Assembly: GCA_950097015.1 (NCBI GenBank)
Contig: CATNEN010000034.1
Span: 3,472,001 to 3,536,000, forward strand
Direction: 5' to 3'
Length of the DNA: 64,000 nucleotides
Source of the DNA: Macrostomum hystrix
Lineage: Eukaryota > Animalia > Platyhelminthes
In this document: piece after piece, positions 38,501-50,056 of the stretch
Layout: the number at the start of each line of letters is the position of its first letter
Numbering within the stretch: the stretch's first letter is position 1
Translations under genes and position numbers: made by a program
The notes under the pieces: generated by a model
Seen by the model: the letters and a program-made list of their open reading frames with translations, nothing else
The model's database searches: none
What the model was told of the DNA's origin: nothing

Positions 38501-41500
38501 TCCGTGCGCGATTGGTAAGCATTTGGGTGGTGTGAGTGTGAGGGGAGATGAAATTCTCCATTCAGTTGCGGCAGATTCTAAAAAAATACATTTTAAGTGC
38601 TCCGTCAGCGGGCCTGGCAGCTCACACTGTCAAGAGCTCCTGCTCAGCCTTCCAGCTCAGCGCATCTTTCATTCTCTTTCTGTCTGTCTGTCTTTCTTTA
38701 GGTCGCACCTGCGATTTCCTCTGCTCAGCAGGCAGCCTAAAAATGTAATTTTGTACTTGGGGCAAGGGCGGCAATTTTGGCGTTTGTTAAGCATTAGCAT
38801 TCTGCCAGAAAGGTAAGTGTACTTTTCCGTAGTTCATCGACAAGTTGGAAAATTTTTTGTTGGTGTGCGGTGTGCATGACTCACCGATCTCGCCGCTCTT
38901 CAGATCCGGAGCCGAGTCCAGGCTGCTCAGGTAGCGCCGCAGCTTCAGCACCTTGCCGGCTGGCACGAAATTGGCCCTGCGGTGGGAGAGAAGCGGAGAT
39001 AAATATTTGGCTAGAAAGGATTTGGAAATTTTAGTGGGCCACTCAATCTAGTCATTACTCATCCACACCCACCTCACTCCACACCCATCTCACTCCACAC
39101 CCTCCTCACTCCACACCCTCCTCACTCCACACCCTCCTCATTCCACACCCACCTCACACCACACCCGCCTCACTCCACACAAACCCCACTCCACACAGCC
39201 CTCTCTCCACACCCACCTCTCTCCACACCCACCTCACTCCACACGCACCTCACTCCACACAGCCCTCTATCCACACAAACCCCACTCCACACAGCCCTCA
39301 CTCCACACCCACCTCACTCCACACGCACCTCACTCCACACAGCCCTCTATCCACACAAACCTCACTCCACACAAATCTCACTCCACACCCACCTCAGTTT
39401 ATACTCACTCCACTTCACACCCACCTCAATTTACAGTCACTCCACTTCACACCCACCTCAGTTTACACTCACCTCACTTCACACCCACCTCAGTTTACAC
39501 TCACCTCACTTCACACCCACCTCAATTTACAGTCACTCCACTTCACACCCACCTCAGTTTACACTCACCCCACTTCACACCCACCTCAGTTTACACTCAC
39601 CTCACTTCACACCCACCTCAGTTTACACTCACCTCACTTCACACCCACCTCAATTTACAGTCACTCCACTTCACACCCACCTCAGTTTACAGTCACTCCA
39701 CTTCACACCCACCTCAATTTACAGTCACTCCACTTCACACCCACCTCAGTTTACACTCACCTCACTTCACACCCACCTCAGTTTACACTCACCTCACTTC
39801 ACACCCACCTCAGTTTACAGTCACTCCACTTCACACCCACCTCAGTTTACACCTACCTTACTTCTCAGCCAACCACACTAAGTATACCATAACTCCTAAC
39901 CCACTCCACATCACTCGTCACTCCTCACTCCTAGACACGTTAACATAATATTTTCTGCACTATTCAACAGTCCAACACGCACTCATAACCTACGCACATA
40001 GATCAAACTGAATACCACAATGAGCAATTCCCCAACTCTACACAATAATTCACTTCCACATAAACCTTCACCTCAACAATGAAAAACTTACACAGAGTTA
40101 TCAGCAATTTTCAATGCAAATAGGCAATGAACAATTTCCTACTCATTGGTGTCATAGGAGGGAGACAGCACAGTTTGCTCAGTAACCATTTCGAAACTTC
40201 TCAATTTGCCCTCAAGCGAAGGGCCAGTTTGCAAAGTTCATTTATAATTGATTCCGGTATCCAGTCAGACAGACAAACTGGGCTGATTCCTGGAACTAGA
40301 CCCGGTTGCAAAGTTTGCTCAGTGCGAATTCAGCTGCTGCATGTATGTACTCTGCTGGTTAACAGGAGCATTGCAAGCTTCATTATTGACCTTGTTGTGA
40401 CTTCCTGGAGGCAGATGCGTCACATTACTAATAATGGACAAATTTAGAACATTATTTCGATTTCTAAGAAAAGAATCACAGCATTTTTTAGCTGTAAATA
40501 TTCAGGTAGAGAGCTACAATTTCATTAATTAAAATGGTGGATGGAATTTGTACTTTAAAAACAGAATGGCTGCTGGAATATGAGTTACATCTGCAGAACT
40601 AAGTTAAAAATTAAATTGTACTTTTCAATCAATCTAAAAGGATCATGCACATTCGCTAGCCCAAAAATCATTTCACATCATTCGTCATCATGGCATTGCA
40701 CACAGCCATCTCGCACCCACAATGTTTCAATTTAAAACCACCCCACTCCGCACCATGACAAATACAACCACCTCCCGCCGCACCATGCAATCGACAACAA
40801 CCTCACGCCGCATCACCATATACAACCACCTCACCTTGCCATATACAACGACCTCACGCCGCACCATGTCATATACAACCACCTCACGCCACACCATGCC
40901 ATATACAACGACCTCACGCCGCACCATGCCATATACAACAACCTTACTGCATTCACACACCATGCCATCCAATGAAAGTTTTATATGCACTGGACGGACA
41001 GACAGACAGGCATCCACTCATAAAAGGAACTAAATAAGGTTTAAAATATATTTCAATGGAAGTCAATAATTTTACTTCGACGTACAATTAGCAGTTCTTT
41101 TGTTCGAAAAAAACTTCGTTGGCCATTTAATGACAGTTGAATCCTTTCAGAATCGCTTCTTTGTACCTTACGAGTGGGTAGATAGCATACAAATAAAGAG
41201 ATGCTTAGTGTCTTTTCTACTGCGGAACAAAAAATTGTATTTCTGTCGAGAAGCCCAAGCAGGTGGAACTGTTGCTAAGCAGCTGCGGCTAAATCTGGCC
41301 CCCTTAAACGGCCCCGTGCGAGGATGAGAAAAGACAGAGAATGACTGGGAAGCGCGTTCGATAAAAGATGAATTATTTACTTCCAGCCTCACTAAGCGGC
41401 TCAGTTAAAGAGGATGAAACAGAGTTTGCCGGGAGTGGAAATGGAAACAGGCAGCCATTGAGGCAGCTTTGTAACTATCTTGCAACCAGCTATTTGCTTT

Positions 41501-44500
41501 TAGGGGGCCACAGACTCCGCCCCTAATAGCAGCCTGCAGCTAGAAAAAGAGCTTAGCCTACCTGGGAATGCTCAACCTCTGCAGGTTTCACTTTGCTGCC
41601 AATCATTCGGCTGGCAGCATCCGGCAACACGGAACAGATGGGGTGAGAGCTGGCTGCCATGCAGCTGCTCGCCTTTCACCGAGGCCATCCATTCCTCCCC
41701 TGCACCCAGACCCCAAAACACCGGTTTTTATCAAGCAAACAGATCGTATAACCTTGTGCCAACACTGATGCGCCAATGCTTTGACAAAGCTTTAAAAAAC
41801 TGAGACAGGAATTCTATTCATTTTATTCCACTAGCGATCAATCAAATGCTGGATACTGAAACAGTACAATTTCCCGCCTGTTGTAATTGCACAGCAGCGA
41901 CACTTCCTGTTTCCGACTTTTGAATCTACACCTTAATACTATGGAGCACCCACCTGAGTTCGTCTTATCAATTCTGTCCTTATTTGCTTGTGAATTCACA
42001 TTGGCTGGCACTAATGGCACCAACCTTACATGAAGTGCTACCCAATAACTCACCCTGCACCCACCCCACCCTGCAACCACCTCACCCCGCACCCACCCCA
42101 CCCTGCAACCACCTCACCCCGCACCCACCCCACCCTGCAACCACCTCACCCCGCACCCACCCCACCCTGCAACCACCTCACCCCGCACCCACCCCACCCT
42201 GAACCCACCTCAATCTGCACCCACCCATTTCGCACCCACCCCATTCTGCACCCACCTCACAATGCACCCACCCACCCTGCACCCACCTCACTTCTTGCCT
42301 ACCTCAATCCGGGCTCACCTTATTCCTCACCCACCTCATTACACAGGAGTTTACCTACGGAAGAAAAGACTTTTGCCCAAAAGTTGCAGTTGGAAATCAT
42401 ATACGTCACGCCGCACATTCCACAGTTTGAGCTCGGCCACGTTGGTCACATCCAAGTGGGGATCTTGCGCTGTTTTTTGCCTTCTTAGCCTGGGGCTAAA
42501 ATTCCTGTCTGTCAATTGCTTCGCTGCACTTTTAAAAAGAAGATGAAGGATGAAGCAGCAGCAGCAGCAGCAGCGGAAGCAACAGTGCCGGGGGATTGTT
42601 TCTCTATTTTGCATACATTATACATAAATTGAACCTGCGAGAAACGGTGCAGCCAATCATAATATTCTATCAGTCTCCTAGCCGTATAGCATTCAATTAG
42701 CACTAGACAGAGGCAGGGCGAAGTCTGGTTCATCCCACAGTCTCTCCTCCTGTCTCTTACCCTCTCAGTCCATTGACCGAACCGGATAAGGACGCCCATC
42801 TGATTCAAGATGTGCTCTGGCTTTGTCGGTATTTTAACAACTGCGGAAACACAGGCGATCAATTTCTGCCTTTGGCATTAAGCTTACATTTAATCTGCCG
42901 CATTATCGGGTAAAGCGTTTTGCTAGGGCAAAGAATTTCTATAGGAATCTGTGGAAATGACTAACTTTCTGGAAATGGGTGTTTTCTGCTTTCGCAGCAG
43001 CAATTAATGCACTAGTCTGCCAAATAGCCAAGCGCTTTTCTGAACTTGCCATACGAGATTGTCTACATTTTAAGTGCCAATGCAAGTCGAAGCACAAAAG
43101 CCCTTTATGGGCCCGTGTGCTTTTGCTAACCTGTAATAGATAATACCGCTGGGACAACTGCCCGAGCTAATCCCAAACGGCATGTTTTCTATGATGATGA
43201 CAGTCAAAGTTTTATTGCTTTTTCATGATAGGGCAGGGGTAGGCAAACTTATTTGCTGGCGGGCCAAAGAGAGAACCTAATAGACGACACCGGGCCGCAT
43301 TGACTGTATAAATATGAGATAGGGGAGAGATGAGACACGGGAGAGATGAGACACGCGAGAGATTAGACACGCGAGAGATTAGACACGGGAGAGATGAGAC
43401 ACGGGAGAGATGAGACACGGGAGAGATTAGACACGGGAGAGATGAGACACGGGAGAGATGAGACACGCGAGAGATTAGACACAGGAGAGATGAGACACGG
43501 GAGAGATGAGACACGGGAGAGATTAGACACGGGAGAGATTAGACACGGGAGAGATGAGACACGGGAGAGATTAGACACGAGAGCGATGAGACACGGGAGA
43601 GATTAGACACGAGAGCGATGAGACACAGGAGAGATTAGACACGGGAGAGATTAAACACAGGAGGGATTAGACACGGGAGAGATTAAACACAGGAGAGATT
43701 AGACACGGGAGAGATTAGACACGAGAGAGATGAAACAGGACACTATAGATGTCAGAAGGTGCAACGGGCCGGATTTGGGAGCTTCGAGGGCCGCATCTGG
43801 CCCGCGGGCCGGAGTTTGCCGACCCCTGTGATAGGGAAACAAAAACGGATTGGAACAGCATTTTTTAATGGAATTATGACTACACAGATTTGCGAAATAC
43901 ATGGAAAAATTATTAATCCAGATTAAAAAACTAACGAATTAATTTACCGAACAAGAAGCTTTTAACGACTTCGCTGTGCGCGGTACTCATGTTCAACCCA
44001 GCTTCCTGCACCAGTTAAGACCCGAGTCACAGCAGACTATACAAGCCTAGCCTGAAGCGGAATTCCAGAATTGAATTAGGGCACACGCGGTACGCACTCT
44101 TCCAAGTTCGACATTCGACAATTATAGAGACTTTTTAGTTCGACATTTTCAGAGAAACATTTTCGAATGCGAAGCCGGTACTAATTACATCTTGTGTAAT
44201 CTGGCCTTCAAACTTTGATTGGACAAGACGGGTAAAGGTGAAGTTATTTTTAGATATTTTAGTGCTCGAGAATTGAACCTGAACCTCGACAAAGCCGGAA
44301 TATCATTTAGTTCAAACTAATCTTACGACAGTCGAAATGAATAGTAACGAGCCCTTCGTTTTTGAACGTCATTTTCTGTCATGAAACGCCATTTTTCAAT
44401 TAACAGTCTTTCAATAATTTTTCTCATATGAATGCCAAATTAGTTAGGAATATGATTTTGTGAATTTTCAAAGAAGCAATATTGAAATAGAAGTGAGTCA

Positions 44501-46542
44501 CGTGACTCGGGACTCTCAGTCAGACGGTAAGATCGATTGATCTTAACACATAGATAAGTGATTAAAACATAGAGCCTGTGTAGTATGTAAAAATGTTCTC
44601 GATTACGATTGGCGATAAAAACGCATTCCTACAGGTTTAGCCAATCGACAATGCCGCATTCTGGGTGCTCCGTAGTGTCTCCAACCATTACTGATGATCA
44701 AAACGCAAGATGATTTGCATAATCGCCGAAGCCAATATAAAGCAGGCCCCTATATATGCTATATAGATCTGCTGCATCTGTTCCACCGTCACACTGTGTG
44801 CCACCCTCTATAGTCCCTATAGGCTTCGGTTATTCGATCGTGAGTATACACACGATGGTAAGAATCATTGACAGCATACAGAAACACATTGCTAAGAGTT
44901 TCTTTGTACGCAGCAGTAATTTGTGCGCAGGGCTAGATTTTCTAGGAAACAATTTGCTACAATTTTGAGTACACGCCGCATAGTACTCGTAACAGAAAAG
45001 GTGCAAAAAATGCTCGACTGAGAAAAAGATCGAGCGGCTGGTTGAGATGGGGTGGAATTCTCGATCGAGAAGAGTGAAAGAAGCCTGCATGGCACAAGAC
45101 ATAGATAGCAATGTCAGCTGCGGCTAAAGGCATTGCATGGAGATGGCGATAGACTTTACTGTAAACTGTAATTAGATCGTAGTTCCGCTGGTCATGCCTA
45201 TATGGATGTGGACTGGGGCTATACTTAGCTTCTCTACTACTACCATTCCGCCTCTCATGGGGTTCCAGCAGACTAACTGTGGCAGAAGTGGCACAGCTGT
45301 CTGAGTGTTGCATGCATCAGTATACACTATGCGAGCTAAATATATAGTGCATAGTGGCGCACAAATTTTCAGACAAGAAGTGTTTCCATCCCAATAAGGC
45401 AAGTAAGAAAGTGCAGCATAGCAGTTGCTTCCATATAAGGGGCCAACTAACCCATTAGATACGCCAGTGCGTACGAGGATAGCTCACTCTGGTGTGTGGT
45501 ACCCACTCCCTGGTATCTCACATGCACAGCGATGAGCAGTGAGACTCACTCCCTGGTATCTCACATGCAACACAATGAGCAGTGAGACTCACTCCCTGGT
45601 ATCTCACATGCAACACAATGAGCAGTGAGACTCACTCCCTGGTATCTCACATGCACAGCGATGAGCAGTGAGACTCACTCCCTGGTATCTCACATGCACA
45701 GCGATGAGCAGTGAGACTCACTCCCTGGTATCTCACATGCACAGCGATGAGCAGTGAGACTCACTCCCTGGTATCTCACATGCACAGCGATGAGCAGTGA
45801 GACTCACTCCCTGGTATCTCACATGCACAACAATGAGCAGTGAGACTCACTCCCTGGTATCTCACATGCACAACAATGAGCAGTGAGACTCACTCCCTGG
45901 TATCTCACATGCACAGCGATGAGCAGTGAGACTCACTCCCTGGTATCTCACATGCACCGCGATGAGCAGTGAGACTCACTCCCTGAGATCCGCGACAATC
46001 TCCCTGCGCAGGCAGTTCTGAATCGCGCAGAACTTCTCCGGGTCGCCGGGCCGCCGCGGTCGCTCCAAGGCGGTCCTGTAAGGCGAGTCCGGCCTGGCGA
46101 ACATCGCAACGAGAAGAGCGTCTAGAAAGGACGAATCCGTGTGGCCCTGAACACCCCGGCCGCGCCCAGTCGCAGGCAGAGGCCAGTCGTCCTCGTCAGA
46201 ATCATCTTCACTCGAACTGCGATCGGGCTCGTCCGCGTCTCTCAACGTAAACAGACCGTCTGGAACACCGCAGCCTTCACTGATGCCGCTGCTTCTGTGG
46301 CAGCAGGCGGACTGCGGCAAAGTGACTGAGCTGGCCGATGCGGACACGGCACCCCTGGCGGGCCGCATGTGAACAAAGTGCAACGGATTCTCCAATGTTC
46401 GCAGAGGCCGCTGCATAGGACTAGCTGAATTGAGGGTGGTGTACTTGTACATGGCGGCCTCCCGCTCCGAAATCACTTCGGTGTGACTAACTGGCGACCT
46501 CTGGCCTTCGCTCAGTGTCACCAGCGTGTATTTGGTTGCCAT
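32557..46542 (-). CDS. CYLD-like USP-domain protein, predicted catalytically inactive; complement(join(32557..32738,34146..34329,34815..35209,38885..38976,45980..46542)), 471 aa
   Basis: GVQGHTDSSFLDALLVAMFA (CYLD GIQGHYNSCYLDSTLF), CLRREIVADLREANFVPAGKVLKLRRYL, B-box CAVCGRLASLECRRC..YCRDC, MRLWAAVCRHRDRYVCLV..WLLYNSMAE, GFAVPEV..LLTRDPCLLFY. Junctions are phase-consistent. Confidence 0.85.
33281..33440. repeat. 39-bp tandem repeat, about 4 copies
   Basis: ATCTACTGGAACACTGAGGACTCTAGGATTGCAGCAGCA units. Confidence 0.85.
34452..34790 (-). mobile_element. tRNA-derived SINE family A, near full length
   Basis: Head GTCTAACGAC..CCAAGGTCCCTGAGTTCGATTCC (B box), internal CCTGAC..GTCAGG hairpin, (TG)n tract, 3' end CAGCCCTCCT. 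Confidence 0.8.
35280..35470 (-). mobile_element. SINE family A, 5' partial copy
   Basis: Shares TTTCTCATTGTCAGGC..AAATTGCACGATAAGCC..AAGCCTTCTCT..GGGACCTTTGTGCGAGAG with other copies. Confidence 0.7.
35570..35950. repeat. C-rich 16-17-bp minisatellite (CACCCACCTCACTCCG)
   Basis: Direct tandem units. Confidence 0.85.
36975..37335. repeat. 25-bp minisatellite (GTGGGTAGATCATTGCAGATTCAAA)
   Basis: About 14 units. Confidence 0.9.
37790..37965 (+). mobile_element. SINE family B, degenerate copy
   Basis: B-box-like GGGTTCGATTTCC head and a 3' AGTCCATGGACTGAACAGCCGTGCCCAGC segment shared with 47025..47250. Confidence 0.5.
39065..39860. repeat. Compound C-rich minisatellite (16-bp units, then 33-bp CACTTCACACCCACCTCAGTTTACACTCAC-type units)
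   Basis: Direct tandem units. Confidence 0.9.
40740..40965. repeat. 30-bp tandem repeat (ACCATGCCATATACAACGACCTCACGCCGC)
   Basis: About 7 degenerate units. Confidence 0.8.
42040..42300. repeat. C-rich tandem repeat (about 32 bp, CCCTGCAACCACCTCACCCCGCACCCACCCCA)
   Basis: About 5 near-perfect units plus degenerate flanks. Confidence 0.8.
43234..43828. mobile_element. hAT-type MITE with an internal 16-bp minisatellite
   Basis: TIR CAGGGGT(A/C)GGCAAACT. Perfect 8-bp TSD TGATAGGG. GAGACACGGGAGAGAT-type array at about 43320..43735. Confidence 0.9.
45504..45985. repeat. 43-bp minisatellite abutting and including the exon 1 donor of the CYLD-like gene
   Basis: About 11 units of CACTCCCTGGTATCTCACATGCACAGCGATGAGCAGTGAGACT. 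Confidence 0.95.
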
Positions 46543-46649
46543 GGCCAACTGGCTTAACAGCTAAGTGCCGTAACAATGCACAGCGGGTGTCCGGATTGGG
46601 AAGTTCGTCATTAAATAGACTTTAAACATGTCATCGGCTCTGGTTGGCT

Positions 46650-46950
46650 GGCCAATCGGAGAAGCCCAGCGAAAAGCAGCAGCTCTGCCCAGTGCTCACT
46701 AATCAAATGTTACTTTTACTACTGACAGTGAGTAGTACAGCAGGGCAATCAAAACTAACTGATTCAGTTTCTCATCGTCAGGCTGGAAAAAGCTTTCACT
46801 GTGCCCTGGGGTTGGGCCGCCATAGGCGCAAATAGTACGACAAGCACGCAAGGCTTTCTCTCATTGGCTGCGCCCTAAATGAATGTGGCCTAGCCGCGGA
46901 ATCGAACTCAAGGACCTTGGTTAGGTGAGCTACCGCTCCGCGCCAATGCA
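46650..46950 (-). mobile_element. tRNA-derived SINE family A copy
   Basis: A-box-like TGGCGCGGAGCGGTAG and B box GAGTTCGATTCC on the minus strand. Body is colinear with other copies. Confidence 0.75.
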
Positions 46951-47024
46951 CTTTAAAGCTTTGATAATTAAGGTTATAGACTAAAAATAATAATTATAAA
47001 TGATTACACCTGCCCAAATTTGAA

Positions 47025-47250
47025 GGCTGCGTACGGCTTTTCAGTCCATGGACTCTGGGGACCCTCAATTACCCCAGCAAATGCTACATGCTGAGTGTAG
47101 CGGTGCATGTGTAAATAAATGCTACATGCGAGCTGTACCCATTTAACAGCTGGGTGAAATAAAGCAATGCAGAGTTAAGTGTCTTGCTAAAGGACACAAT
47201 TTGTTCCAGTTTAATCGGGAATCGAACCTCCGACCTCGAGTATGATAAAA
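47025..47250 (-). mobile_element. CORE-like tRNA SINE (family B)
   Basis: B box GGTTCGATTCCC followed by TGTGTCCTTTAGCAAGACACTTAACTCTGCATTGCT..CACCCAGCTGTTAAATGGGTAC, which resembles the CORE (MIR-type) domain. Confidence 0.65.
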
Positions 47251-47721
47251 AAGAAAAACAAATATAACAAATTAAGAGCAAAACTTTAGTTCTAAAGGAA
47301 TTTTTGTTGTCTGAATAAATACTTGGTCTTGTGTATTTGTATTAATTAAAAATATCTGTCTGTGGTTTGGAAAAAGCAGACATAGAGGTGTTTTTTAGAA
47401 GGCTTTTAACGATGCAGTGCAATAAATTTTGGCAGGCGTGTATAAATTACAGCGCACAAGTCAGTGGAAACAAAAAACATATTTTTATATATCCTCTTTC
47501 GTTCATAAAAACATTATTGCGAATTTAAACAAACTTCAAAACAGAAGTTATCTTATAGGACCAAACTTATCATATGGCTTGTTAATTAATTTCAGTCGCA
47601 GCAGTAATATCGATTGAATTAAATAGGTCTGGTATAATAAAAAAGAAAATAAACACTTAAGTTAACATCAGGAACGATTTTATACCGTCAAGAAATCCCA
47701 CTAGGCAAATCTGCATCTAGC

Positions 47722-48551
47722 TTAGCCAACCAAGCTCTTCAACTTGCCACTGTCGGCCAGAGCCTTGGTTTCCGAGCCTCCGCCGATGCACTTGCCATTG
47801 ATGAAGACGCGTGGAACCTGTGCAATGATGATTGAGATAGCACGTAGTCAACCTAAATATAAGTCCTGAACTTCCTGAACTTCCATAGCTGCGGCTGTGC
47901 ATATGGTCCCAATAAAAAGATTAATTTTTGCAGGAGGGCTGCGGGCAATGGCACATCATTTGGTGACAGTAGATTCGCAGCCAGCGAGGAGGCAGTTCTG
48001 CCCATTTCGCTGACTCCTGAGCACACACGCACACAGATACTGTACGCAGGCACACGCTCACACAGATGTACATCTGCACTGACTTTCTCATTGTCAAGCA
48101 GTGTAAACTCTCACTGTGCCTTGGAGGTCGGCCTTCAAGTGCGCAAATTGCACGACAAGCCACCAAGCCTTCTCACCGCGGCTGCACCCCAAATGAATGT
48201 GGCCTCGACGCGGAATCGCGTTAGACTGCTCTGCCACTCAGCCTCCTAATCTGACCCCAACTGGCAGTAGACCCCAGCTGCCATTTCCATCTATTCATCT
48301 TGCAGTCCCATAGTTACTGTTTATTCAAACACAGTTCTTACTGTTCGGGCCTTAGTAATGGCAAACAGAATATCCTGAATGGCATCGCCGTCATTCCTTT
48401 TGTCCAGTTCTTCAACAGTGTAGGCAATGCCGCAGCTCTTCAGGGCATCCTTAGCCATGGTGCAGTAGGGACAGTAGGTCTTGGAGAACACCATCACTTT
48501 GTTCTCGGAAATCTTCTGCTCAACCCAGTTGCGAGTGTCACCACTGGCCAT
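47722..48551 (-). CDS. Dithiol glutaredoxin (class I, CPYC); complement(join(47722..47817,48342..48551)), 101 aa
   Basis: VMVFSKTYCPYC active site and ARTVPRVFINGKCIGG GSH-binding motifs. An upstream coding exon cannot be excluded (acceptor 14 nt before the ATG, open frame). Confidence 0.93.
47925..48245 (-). mobile_element. SINE family A copy in the glutaredoxin intron
   Basis: A-box-like TGGCAGAGCAGTCTAA, then GATTCCGCG directly (internal head deletion). Body and 3' end CCCTCCTGCAAA match other copies. Confidence 0.8.
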
Positions 48552-49169
48552 GATGTCTGCTGCAGCTGGAAAACAGACAAATTGAGCAGCGATTGCTAAT
48601 GAAATTCCAATACTGAGGTGGCCACAACTTGGATTGTTGAGGCAGGGAAGCCATTTGGACAGGGTTAGAGCAAGATGGTATAGCTATAAGGTGCTACTAA
48701 CATTGCAATACTTGCTGAATGTCAACTGACTTGCTGCTGCTACATCAAAATGACCTTCCTATTGGAGACATTTTATGAATACTTAATAAAACAATATCAG
48801 TGCATGAGTAACAAAACTGCATGATGGAGAGTAAGGTAATTTCTACAAAGAATTCTTAATAGCTTCTGTGGCTGCCATTTCCTTTTCATTAAAATATTTG
48901 CTTAGCAACATGGTATTTTAGGTGTGACTTTTACTCTAGCAGAACAGATAGCTATCAGGCGCCAGTGCTAATAATTAGGATAGAAATTAATGGGTAATAT
49001 GATAATAAGCCAAGAAAGCTAGCTATATAAATAGTCCTAAAGGCGGTGTCAATCTGAAAATTATTTTTTGTTAAACTAATATTGTGTTAGCAATTTTTGC
49101 CCTTTTCTGAAGCCAGCATACTTTAGCCATAGTTTATAAATATCCTGACAAAGCATGGTGATGGTGCCA

Positions 49170-49275
49170 CATTAGGTGTTACATCTGCCCTGACTTCCTC
49201 ATTGTCAGGCTGTATAAACTCTTGCTCTACATTGGAGGTTAGCCTTCCACTAGGGCATAAATTGCATGATGAGCC
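49170..49275 (-). mobile_element. SINE family A fragment
   Basis: CATCTGCCCTGACTTCCTCATTGTCAGGC..GGAGGTTAGCC..AAATTGCATGATGAGCC. Confidence 0.65.
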
Positions 49276-50056
49276 CCATGCATTTTCTCTTTGGTTTCTT
49301 TTGTTTCTCTTTGAAAGTACATAGCAAAGAAAAGAAGTACATAGGTCATAGCTATTCATAGAAAGAGACATTCATTAACTTTAAGTTATTACTTGACTAG
49401 CTTAAATTAGGCCTAGTAATAAATTTTTCTTACAAATCAATAGCTGCATCTTGTATTTTATGCATGAATTTTGTAATCGGAATTAAAATGCTTTAGACTT
49501 TGTGTTGTGTTGGTACAACTTTTACTTTACATCATTAGTTTAGCTAAGCCTAGGCCCTGATATAAAATAAAAGAAATTAAATGAGGACAAATTATTTTTA
49601 AACAGCTTTTTCATTCTTTTCATTTCATGTAGAAATTTTAATCCCTAGTTTGTTTTTGTGACTTAACGATACACCTAGAACTCATACAGTCATATCAGAG
49701 TTGAAGCTTTATCATATCATTTCGTGGCTAACGAATATAGGTATGTCGAGTACGTTTGTGGTATAAGTTTAAGCTTTTTGTTCAAGACAAATTTAAAATA
49801 TAGCTTGTAATACTGGTTTTTCTTTTTCTGTTAATTCGGTTACAATACATACCAGTTTTGTTAAAATCTTAAAATGGACTTAGCGACGAAGTTTGTATAT
49901 TTTTGAATTTTTTGGCCTAAATACGAAAGTTTGTTTATGAACTGTGTTCAAACTATTAAAATTAGGTCTGGCTTTGGTTATTGAAGCAAAGTCTAGAAAA
50001 GGTTTGTTATATATCAAGGGTATTTTACATTAGCTCTTTGCTGTCACAATAAGGTT

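Noticed and set aside
38112-38816. Short GC-rich ORFs with a minus-strand acceptor and AATAAA
   Set aside because: Could be alternative terminal exons or a nested gene, but no frame gave a recognisable protein or a consistent exon chain.
34700-46950. tRNA genes
   Set aside because: A/B boxes belong to SINE heads; no complete cloverleaf or acceptor stem was found.
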